Below, piece by piece: positions 10,701 through 16,827 of a DNA stretch of 32,065 bases. This DNA is from an uncultured bacterium (GTDB lineage: Bacteria; CSSED10-310; CAZUFC01), in NCBI GenBank assembly GCA_964619725.1, contig CAZUFC010000097.1, forward strand, positions 1-32,065, written 5' to 3'. The notes under the pieces were generated by a model that did no database searches, was not told the DNA's origin, and was given only the letters and a program-made list of their open reading frames with translations. The first letter of the stretch is position 1; each line of letters opens with the position of its first letter. The position numbers were made by a program, and so were the translations under genes.

Positions 10701-11425
10701 CCGTCGACTGTGTAGATTCCGTATCCGCCGTTACTGGAAAAATTCCCGTCGCTGATATCGAGAGAACCAGTTGTAGCCCCGTATACGCCATGATCCCCAT
10801 TATTCTGTGAAGAAGAATCCGTTACGACAAGCATCGAGGAACCTTCCGCAGCGATTCCGTACGTCCCGTTATCAGAAAAATCCGTGAACGAAAACGACGG
10901 TGAACTGCCCGCTACCGCCCTAACTCCGGATGTAATGCTGTATTGGATGTTGCAATGGCTGAAGGATGCTTCCGAATCTTCCAGATACACCATACCGCTG
11001 TTGGCTCCGCCTCCGTAGGAAATGTCCGTATACGTCAGCATACTGTCGTCGGAATTGTCCCTGAAATACAAGGTTTGCCAGTCGCCCGCCGCCGGCGTTG
11101 TCTGGGCTGAAGTGAAAATTACGGGGGTTCCCGATGTTCCCTGGGACAATAAACATCCGTATTCCCCGCTTGCACCGCCGACATAAAAGTTCATGTCCTG
11201 GTTGAATAAAACCTGAACGCCTGCCTCGATCTCTAATGTAGCTCCGTCCGTTATCGTTATGTCGCCCGTTACTATATAAACTCCGTCAGGCGACGGGTCG
11301 CTCGTTCCCCACGTCGTGTCCGAGGTTATAGCGCCCGAAACGTTTATTGATCCATAAACGGACGAACTGCACGCGAGCATCAGAAAAACGATTACTGTTA
11401 ATTGATACTTAATTGAATTCGACAA
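4787..11425 (-). CDS. Giant secreted right-handed parallel beta-helix repeat protein with C-terminal dockerin and cohesin domains
   Basis: TTG start with a GGAGGAGG SD and a signal peptide. Seven large modules (..PY.I.GD..V.G..G.D.VTT.TI.PG...W.GI.F) with many N..YGIY beta-helix coils. After a PT linker come a dockerin (DGDVDNDGQITVTDAQ / ANCNGDANVTIADAQ, ~5385-5590) and a cohesin (~4877-5275) homologous to those of the downstream gene. Confidence 0.85.
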   Translation of the reverse strand: MSNSIKYQLTVIVFLMLACSSSVYGSINVSGAITSDTTWGTSDPSPDGVYIVTGDITITDGATLEIEAGVQVLFNQDMNFYVGGASGEYGCLLSQGTSGTPVIFTSAQTTPAAGDWQTLYFRDNSDDSMLTYTDISYGGGANSGMVYLEDSEASFSHCNIQYSITSGVRAVAGSSPSFSFTDFSDNGTYGIAAEGSSMLVVTDSSSQNNGDHGVYGATTGSLDISDGNFSSNGGYGIYTVDGTCLISLTDSLFTNNTGTPLRLGANRIGFTAGNIFSGNGNSFIECAGATVALDGIWHDQGIPYRILGDVSIMGQAGPDAVTTVTIQPGAEFEFDSAVGLTVGHDTDSNLPGELIADGSGGDRIFFTGIDAMGTWEGIQFLNYADDDSLMNNCVVEYSSSYGIHSNSCSPTFIGCDITDSADHGLYVTGGPAEPTVSDCLIDSNGGYGIYCNDSSCGPFITNAVISNNAADYSIYTYGGKCQNITGSTVDKDVYVIAETLSIDAVWEDPGAAFYMTNGFTVQGQSGADNVTTLTLLAGTVVKLPDQARIIIGHDSNSNYPGALITSGTDMNPVVITSTSDVPVPGSWRDVYFAQYSDDALCELNHTVIEYGGQYVSSVKYYPVSCNSASPTLTNCTIRYAFDSGIYALDSAPVINGCTVIETGEYNIHFDNSYGSITDCTLSDSANGYHAIYLTVEGETVISGNLIADSGGYGIYCNTDAISPVITDNVFFNNLNGPIYIYAKHVKNIGLPPNTFMMPITPDVPNMIYVVGDTIGTDCIWINQHIPYRIAGDIYVKGTDGADFVTTITIEPGAELVFDHQQGLWIGSNNPGEPGGIYAVGTAGQRITFTGFENSHGYWDGIYFYDFSDDSICLMEYCDVMFGGYSSNENIYCYSASPTFRHCRILRGQGYNFYSYYWSNPILEDCEIAYGTSYGIYCSSNSSINGTGLDIHDNASHGIYASGTSFAVVSDSTFTRNYYGINANDTTDYAVISNCSFIDNQGYPIRMRARHIAGIGPCTFSGNRWEYITAGSDTLTEDTYWEKRSIPYCIEGWITVQGKDGPDEVTTWTLAPGVEFYINDNVGFYIGHNSDPLYPGALVAVGTAEQRITFTSRSDSPSQDDWAGIYYYRYSDDNACLMEYCDVEFGGYSSHEQIYCIDSAPTFRYCNIQYGGGYNIRSHDHANPTFEHCNILAATSYGIYCDNYGDINMTDCIVAGNRSYGIYTNNYGDAHISNSTIRDNTSYGVYLSSNARIHLDNTTISGNYTYGFYSDSPAHVFSVNNCHFSYNNGYPVYAYARQMGYFSNCTFEGNNYEAFHVVPDTITQDSYWENHDKEPYWITGDVYVKGQDGADSVTTLYIEEGAELHFESTDGLYIGDDDTVTEPGGLMAVGTASEPILFTGRQENPSHGFWDGIIFQKYSEDSLCLMEHCKIMSGGYSNWEAVHCIDASPTLRHCLIEYAGGTGIYSYQNSNPVVEYCEIRNSSSHGIYCDTGSDMQISDSTIRHNSTYGIYINNTATIHISDSTIEENGSTGLYCNGSEDSAFVDGCTFLFNYTYPIRMYASKVRGVTDCSFLYNYTQRFYVLGDTISLDSYWEDHGIPYYVHSGDVYVRGQAGADHLTTLTLEPGCELLFNGIGMFIGHDSNNLLPGALVAEGSPSNPIVFTSHSSSPSPGHWRGIYFSNYCDDAVTSLKHCVIEYGGAGDPYENVLCYESSPVLQDCEIGFGAGNGVRAHTNSANPTLINCRVHHNTSSGVYAAPGTVQITGGQIENNSQYGIYVSEAVGGIPSTIVNAAKIRDNYGYGAFVTGANSTPVFKNCELHSNNDGSAGYGIYVESAALPVIGGSAMDYNSFSSHINYAVYNADPTTCINAQYNYWGMYGGPLDVEYGVDDCMDDGNNNIGAERVSDDVDYGNWTNDDFTPTPVPSATTTPIPTMVPTAEPTVTPTFICLNDGDVDNDGQITVTDAQLTFMIVLGYFTPTFEEECSANCNGDANVTIADAQCMFMYYLGMDCECADPLSKGLPAAPQNELNENVKTIGPISQSTDALLKALAQDDMIWIDDASGCENEIVEIAVRISNPDAQLDSFGVTLDYSTDMLEFVECRQGNPDVDWLMFGANEPNAGEIRIAGFTDPEEGIPAENNEILAVLTFKVTCDGCRIGERSDIGFSHLTDDIGDWNGLSGTFTFCELMPAETHNYLEGKTLWTPVDELQDDQLY

Positions 11426-11988
11426 TTTTTTCCCTCCTCCTCAGTTGACCGTCCTTTAAAACATTTAGACGGTTGTAATTCGTAAATTTTTTATAGCTAT
11501 TCCTGAAACATTACCCGGAAGTCCGTTTCAACCTTATTTTGTCTGTCGTAAACTCCGAATGCTTTTCATTACAAAAAATAGGTCTGCACGAATCCTCCGT
11601 TTCCGATGAGAATTACTCCATACGCTCCTCCTTCCTCCCAACTAAAGGGCAAAATCTGTCAGAATTTTAATATTATATCAGTCGACTTTTTTGCAGCAGG
11701 ATTGTCTCGATTTTATCTGATCGTTCTTTATTAACGAATCGAAAAAATAAAGTCAAATTTCTGAACGAAAAATATTAAAAAAATTTTGAGTTGGAGGAAA
11801 CTCAATACCAATAAGCATTATCGCTGTAAATATGAAAAACTGAAATTATTTCTGTACGGAAAAAACCCTGATCCCCGCGGCAGTTTCCGTGCAGCATTCG
11901 GCAGGCCGGTCAATAGACCCGCTACCCGATTGAAATATAGATTCTGTTTTGGTTCTGTATGCAGTAGTGGTCAGTATATGAGAAATTT

Positions 11989-13107
11989 TTATTCGGGGCG
12001 TCCGAAGGAGGTTCCTATGGCTTGGGCGGTTCTGATGAGCGAATGTTCGGGATCGACTTTTTTAATTTTGCGGACTGCATCGGCGAGTTTCACATCTTTA
12101 ATTTCGTTGCCCTTGAGGCAAACCATACGGCCGAAGCGTTTTCGTTTAACAAGTTGAATGGCGTGGTATCCGAATCTTGAAGATAATATTCGATCGAAAG
12201 CAGTTGGGGTGCCTCCTCTTTGAAGATGTCCCAGAACGGTGACCCGTGATTCCAGATCAGTATTTTGGTCAAGGATTTTCTTGACGGCTTGTCCTATGCC
12301 GCCGAGTCTTATGGGATCGGGGCTGTCTTCTATCACAGATTTGACGGTCATTTCTCCTTTTTCAGGAAAAGCGCCTTCGGCAGCCGTTATGATGCTGAAT
12401 CTTTTCCCTTGAATTTCGCGTTTTCTGACTATGCTGATAATTTCATCAAATTGAAAGGGAATTTCAGGAATAAGGATTATATCGCCTCCGCCTGCCAGCC
12501 CGCCGTATAAAGCGAGCCAGCCGGCGTAACGTCCCATAACTTCAATGATCATAATTCTGTGATGGGACTGGGCAGTCCAGTGCAGGTCGTCCAAGGCATT
12601 GCTTATGCAATTGACGGCTGAATCGAAGCCGAAAGTGAAATCGGTTTCCATGAGGTCATTATCGATTGTTTTGGGGATTCCTACGACGGGGAGTCTTTTT
12701 TCCTGGTATAGTTTAGTAGCTGTGGTGAGAGTTCCGTCTCCTCCTATGAGAGCCACGGCATCAAGGTCCCATTTTTCATAATTTTCAACCAGTTTATGGG
12801 AAACATCGGCAGGTTTTTTGCTTCCTTTGCGGTAATAGGCGTAGGGATTAGCTTTGTTGGAAGTTCCCAAAATAGTGCCTCCCCAGGTCAGTATTCCCGA
12901 AACGTCTCTGTAAGAAAGGAACTTGCCCCGCCCTTCAATCCATCCCTCATATCCGTCTGAAATGCCGAATATTTCCCAGTTTTCATCTGTGATGGCCGTT
13001 TTAGCGACGGCTCTGATTACAGCATTGAGACCCGGACAATCGCCTCCTCCGGTCATTATCCCCAATCGGAATTTTTCTTTTGGTTTGTCGATTTCATGAT
13101 TGGTCAT
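11989..13107 (-). CDS. pfkA: 6-phosphofructokinase, mixed-substrate group III type, probably ATP-dependent
   Basis: Motifs TGGGDCPGLN, GGTILGTS, GGDGT (Gly at the ATP/PPi discriminating position), PKTIDND, EVMGR, LGHLQRGG. Confidence 0.93.
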   Translation of the reverse strand: MTNHEIDKPKEKFRLGIMTGGGDCPGLNAVIRAVAKTAITDENWEIFGISDGYEGWIEGRGKFLSYRDVSGILTWGGTILGTSNKANPYAYYRKGSKKPADVSHKLVENYEKWDLDAVALIGGDGTLTTATKLYQEKRLPVVGIPKTIDNDLMETDFTFGFDSAVNCISNALDDLHWTAQSHHRIMIIEVMGRYAGWLALYGGLAGGGDIILIPEIPFQFDEIISIVRKREIQGKRFSIITAAEGAFPEKGEMTVKSVIEDSPDPIRLGGIGQAVKKILDQNTDLESRVTVLGHLQRGGTPTAFDRILSSRFGYHAIQLVKRKRFGRMVCLKGNEIKDVKLADAVRKIKKVDPEHSLIRTAQAIGTSFGRPE

Positions 13108-13469
13108 ATCGTTACAACCTTCTCTGCAAGCATAAATGCTTCAGTAATGTCTCGCATGTTCGAAACGACGCCGACTGCTGTTTTATCTTTCAAGCCGTAA
13201 TATTCCAGGCATGTCCCGCAAGCCAGTATTACTATCCCTCTGTCGCTGAGCTTCTCAAGCGATTCCAGAACCTTTGAATTTTGAACCACAAGATTGACTC
13301 CGGAATTCATGAATATAATTCCATTAGGGATCATTTCGGCTTCCGAAAGATTATTCAGGAAACTTCTCATCAGCGCGTCGCCCAATTCATCGGACCCGTG
13401 TCCCAATTTGTCGGAATTAATAAAAACAATTGCCGCATCTTCCAGCAAATCCCTGGTATGCCTGTCCAT
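13104..13469 (-). CDS. YedF-like sulfurtransferase / selenium metabolism protein, DsrE domain only
   Basis: Motifs LGHGSDELGDALMRSF, FMNSGV, ACGTCLEYYGL, VGVVSNM. AGGAGG SD. ATGA overlap with pfkA. Confidence 0.8.
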   Translation of the reverse strand: MDRHTRDLLEDAAIVFINSDKLGHGSDELGDALMRSFLNNLSEAEMIPNGIIFMNSGVNLVVQNSKVLESLEKLSDRGIVILACGTCLEYYGLKDKTAVGVVSNMRDITEAFMLAEKVVTI

Positions 13470-13569
13470 AATTTCCTCCTTTTTTTAATTTTCTGCAGCG
13501 CCTTTTCCTGCATTTAAAACAACTTTGCAGCCGTTTCTAAAACAGAAAGTTACGTAACGGTACGAAATT

Positions 13570-14379
13570 TTAGATAGGGCCTTCCTCCAGCCCGTTGATA
13601 AACTGATAAACATATTCATTTCGGGAAGCCTGTATTTCTTCCGGAGTTCCCATTTCAATTATTTTTCCGTCGTACAGCATGCCGATTCTCTTTCCGATTT
13701 TATAGGCCGTCGGCATGTCGTTGGAGATGGCCAGGCAGGTTACCTGCCTTTCACTGTTCATTCTCAGGATCATCTGGTTGATCATGTCGGCGGATACAGG
13801 GTCCAGACCATCCGTAGGCGAATCATACAATACGATTTCCGGATCATGGATCAATGCCCTGGCGATGCCGACGCGCCGTTGCATTCCTCCGCTTAGCTCA
13901 ACAGGTTTAAGCGAATTCGTGCCGTTGAGGTCCACCTTGCTCAATTCTTCATTAACCTGTTCTTTTACCTTTTCATAGGGTAATTTTGTGTGATTCTTCA
14001 GAAAGAACCCGATATTCTCTTCGACCGTCATGGAATCAAAAAGGGCATAATACTGAAACGTCATGCCGATATTTCGCCTGATAGCCATCAGTTTTTTTTC
14101 TGATATTTCCGTTATATTGGCGCCTTTGATCAACACAGCGCCCTTATCGGGTTTCAGCAGTCCGACGCAAAGCTGAAGAACCGTTGATTTCCCGCATCCT
14201 CCCGGTCCGAAAAGCACGACTGTTTCACCCTTGTATACCTTCAGATTGAACCCCTTGATCACTTCTTCATCGCCGAAAGATTTATAAACGTCCCTCAGTT
14301 CGATCATGGGTGTATTCTGAGACTTATTGTCCGAATTGTCTTTCATCAGCCGCTGATAACCGAGGTCAAACGGTTCCAT
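13570..14379 (-). CDS. MlaF/Mkl(Ttg2A)-like ABC transporter ATP-binding protein with degenerate catalytic residues
   Basis: Walker A GPGGCGKS, Q-loop FQYYALFDSMTV, signature LSGGMQRR, C-terminal QFINGLEEGPI. Walker B is LYDSPT (E->S) and the H-switch is ISND (H->N). The start may be a downstream Met. Confidence 0.85.
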   Translation of the reverse strand: MEPFDLGYQRLMKDNSDNKSQNTPMIELRDVYKSFGDEEVIKGFNLKVYKGETVVLFGPGGCGKSTVLQLCVGLLKPDKGAVLIKGANITEISEKKLMAIRRNIGMTFQYYALFDSMTVEENIGFFLKNHTKLPYEKVKEQVNEELSKVDLNGTNSLKPVELSGGMQRRVGIARALIHDPEIVLYDSPTDGLDPVSADMINQMILRMNSERQVTCLAISNDMPTAYKIGKRIGMLYDGKIIEMGTPEEIQASRNEYVYQFINGLEEGPI

Positions 14380-14449
14380 CGATTTTTTGAATTTTTTAAG
14401 ATGATGAACATACCATCAAAGAAACATTAAATTCCGTGAGTCAATCAAA

Positions 14450-14719
14450 TCATTCATGGCTGCCGTCGGCGTCAGGCGTCTCATCACCATTATCGCTATC
14501 TCTGTTTCTCACGGCATCAAGCAATTCGAGGATATCATCTTCGTATTGCTCAGGCGCGTAAACGGCTCCCCAGCCTTTCTGCTGCTGATACAGGCCATCC
14601 ATGGCCGTGTCGTGATATGATCTGATCATAAAAGGAATCTCGTTTTGTTTAAGAGAGGCTTCCATTAATTGAGCTTCAATTTCGTTATCCAATATTGTGA
14701 TTTTAATATAACCGGTCAT
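14450..14719 (-). CDS. DUF2007-like putative signal transducing protein
   Basis: NEIEAQLMEASLKQNEIP...GWGAVYAPE pattern. Start moved to ATG 14719 because it has an AGAGGA SD and avoids overlapping the upstream gene. Confidence 0.7.
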   Translation of the reverse strand: MTGYIKITILDNEIEAQLMEASLKQNEIPFMIRSYHDTAMDGLYQQQKGWGAVYAPEQYEDDILELLDAVRNRDSDNGDETPDADGSHE

Positions 14720-14780
14720 TGTGTCAATCCTCTTTGGAGGTGATTGGGTTGTCAGGCAATTTCGGGCGACGTGATGAAAA

Positions 14781-15122
14781 TCAGGGGATGCCCGGAAAAG
14801 CGTCAACGAATTTTATCGTAAAATCGGGAAAAGAATCCACGATTTTTATTTTAAGATCGGGGAACGAGTCCACGATTTTCCATTTTCCGCAGGAATCGGG
14901 AAAGGAGTCGACGATTTGAACCTTGAGATCGGGGAAGGATTCGACGACCTGAACTTTAAAATCAGGAAACGAATCGACGAACTGGACTTTTCCATAGAGT
15001 TTTTTACTGTTGAGGGAGCAAGACTCTTCAGAGATATTTTCGGCATAGAGGCTGATTGAGGCAAGAATTAAAAAAATTACTGCGCCGGTTTTTATTATGT
15101 TCATTATTTTCTCTCTTTCCAT
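14781..15122 (-). CDS. Small secreted protein with six (V/I)(D/E)SFPD repeats, resembling the 7_1 septoil-knot family
   Basis: Signal peptide, then LYGKVQFVDSFPD FKVQVVESFPD LKVQIVDSFPDSCG KWKIVDSFPD LKIKIVDSFPD FTIKFVDAFPG. Alternative start at 15104. Confidence 0.7.
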   Translation of the reverse strand: MEREKIMNIIKTGAVIFLILASISLYAENISEESCSLNSKKLYGKVQFVDSFPDFKVQVVESFPDLKVQIVDSFPDSCGKWKIVDSFPDLKIKIVDSFPDFTIKFVDAFPGIP

Positions 15123-15138
15123 ATTTCATGGCCGTTTT

Positions 15139-15972
15139 TTAATTTTGGGGTTCAGGTTTTTCATGTCTGGGATTTTTCAAAGAAACGATTTTATCCATAA
15201 AAAGTGCGACCCTGGACTCATCAACGAGGTTTTCAGAGATTCCTTTCTTTTTAAAGAATGTTCCGACGATGAAGCCATCAGCGAGGGGGTAAAAATGGTG
15301 CAGATTATCCGGCGCTGTACCGCTTCCCGTGAATACCGGGAGACCAGTATTGTTTTTGATCGTTTTGAGGTTTTCGACGTTAAGTGGAGCGCCGGTCCTT
15401 TCGCCGGAGACGATGAGGGCATCGCCCAAACCTCGTTTTTCAATATCCATAGTTTCCATAATGAGACCTCTGTCGGCGATGGGAGCAGCATGTTTCACAT
15501 TCACATCGGCGAAGATGAGGATATCGGATTTCAGCGAACTTCTAAGGCGCAACGTTTTATGGCTCTGTCCTTCGATAATGCCCTGGTCAGTAAGATATGC
15601 GTTCATATGGACATTGACTCTTATGAATTGAGCTTCCGCTGCCGCAGCGATGCACAGGGCTGATTCGGCATCGTTACGAAGGGCATTAATTCCTACGGGC
15701 AGATCGACTATCCTGACTATCTCCCTCGCAACGGCCGACATGGCGGCCACGGTTTCAGCCGGGATTCTTGAGGGATAAAAGGGAATATCCCGGAAATTTT
15801 CTATAATCAAGCCGTCCAATCCATGGTTACAGAGAATATCGGCTTCCTGCAGAGCCGTACGATAAATTTTCGACATATCGCCGTCATAAAGAGGAGCTCC
15901 GGGAAGAGGCAATAGATGTATGCAACCGATAACGGGTTTTTTTTGAGAAAACAAATCACTCACTGCCCTCAT
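15139..15972 (-). CDS. BtpA/SgcQ family TIM-barrel protein
   Basis: Motifs IGCIHLLPLPGAP, IENFRDIPF, GINALRND, ADVNVKHA, DALIVSGERTG, DGFIVGT. Start moved to ATG 15972 (AGGAG SD). Confidence 0.9.
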   Translation of the reverse strand: MRAVSDLFSQKKPVIGCIHLLPLPGAPLYDGDMSKIYRTALQEADILCNHGLDGLIIENFRDIPFYPSRIPAETVAAMSAVAREIVRIVDLPVGINALRNDAESALCIAAAAEAQFIRVNVHMNAYLTDQGIIEGQSHKTLRLRSSLKSDILIFADVNVKHAAPIADRGLIMETMDIEKRGLGDALIVSGERTGAPLNVENLKTIKNNTGLPVFTGSGTAPDNLHHFYPLADGFIVGTFFKKKGISENLVDESRVALFMDKIVSLKNPRHEKPEPQN

Positions 15973-16768
15973 CTGATTGTTTCTCCTTTTCTGCAGAGTG
16001 AGTTTTTTCAGAAATAAAAACATAACTGTCATAGATGCAATATTTCTTTTGATCGTTCAATCCTGCAGGACTAATTTCAGTTTTATACCCGAACTCATCA
16101 ATCAATTCGGCGATATCTGTTCCGAAATTCGTATAAACAAGTCCGTCTCGGATTGAGTCCTGGTGATATTCCTTCGGTAATGTGTAAATATCTTTGTCTC
16201 CGTTGATCTCAATCCGGCGGAATGTTTTGCCGGAGGGATTGAAGGGGACGGTGAAAATATGAAAGCCCCCTGGTTTAAGTATTCGATTAATCTCGCGCCA
16301 GGCAGCTTCGGGGATTCTGACATGTTCCAGCACATCCTGCGATATAACGATGTCGAAGATTTCATCATCGAATGTCAAATTTTGTACGTCCTGACAGAGG
16401 ATGCCCTTGTCGGACTTTTCCCCTGGCGGGACATCATCCAAATATTCTGAGCCGGCGTAGTTTTTCATGGGTTTCAGGCGTCTGTGGAGGGGACCGGAAG
16501 ATTGCGTTTCATAGATGCGAAGGCCCGGTTTTTCCAGGCGCATTTTTCTCAGGGAGAAGGGAGGCAATATTCCCAGTTTTTGACACAGCGCTTTAGCCAG
16601 GTGCCTGTTGCGGGAGATAGAGAAGCAGAAAAGACATTTGAAATTTTCGCGATCCCTGTCGTTGACATGGAAAAAGAGAGAATATTTTCCGCATACAGGG
16701 CAAAAGCCGAACAGGGGTTTTTTGACGGCGTTTTTCCGAATGATTTGCGTGATGCCGGTAAAGTTCAT
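15956..16768 (-). CDS. Class I SAM-dependent methyltransferase with N-terminal Zn-ribbon
   Basis: CPVC...CLFC, then QDVQNLTFDDEIFDIVISQDVLEHV and RILKPGG (Methyltransf_11-like). Confidence 0.85.
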   Translation of the reverse strand: MNFTGITQIIRKNAVKKPLFGFCPVCGKYSLFFHVNDRDRENFKCLFCFSISRNRHLAKALCQKLGILPPFSLRKMRLEKPGLRIYETQSSGPLHRRLKPMKNYAGSEYLDDVPPGEKSDKGILCQDVQNLTFDDEIFDIVISQDVLEHVRIPEAAWREINRILKPGGFHIFTVPFNPSGKTFRRIEINGDKDIYTLPKEYHQDSIRDGLVYTNFGTDIAELIDEFGYKTEISPAGLNDQKKYCIYDSYVFISEKTHSAEKEKQSDEGSE

Positions 16769-16827
16769 GGCAGTTTATAATTCATAATGGCGAAGATTAT
16801 TCATCAGCAGTATTGAGGATTTATAGT

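Noticed and set aside
1193-11425. Classical cellulosome
   Set aside because: There is no CBM3, SLH domain or dockerin-bearing cellulase in the window. The two secreted hydrolases present carry a different CTD, not a dockerin.
11860-11935. Possible c-di-GMP-I riboswitch upstream of the surface-protein operon (minus-strand gggtcta..tgac..ctgccg)
   Set aside because: Only a partial likeness to the 3' half. The GGCAAA / GNRA / GCAAAG elements are missing. More likely a hairpin or terminator after pfkA. An Rfam scan would settle it.
14790-14990. Periodic ~30-33 bp nucleotide repeats resembling a CRISPR array
   Set aside because: The repeats are in-frame codons for VDSFPD units with synonymous variation. 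There are no unique spacers and no cas genes.
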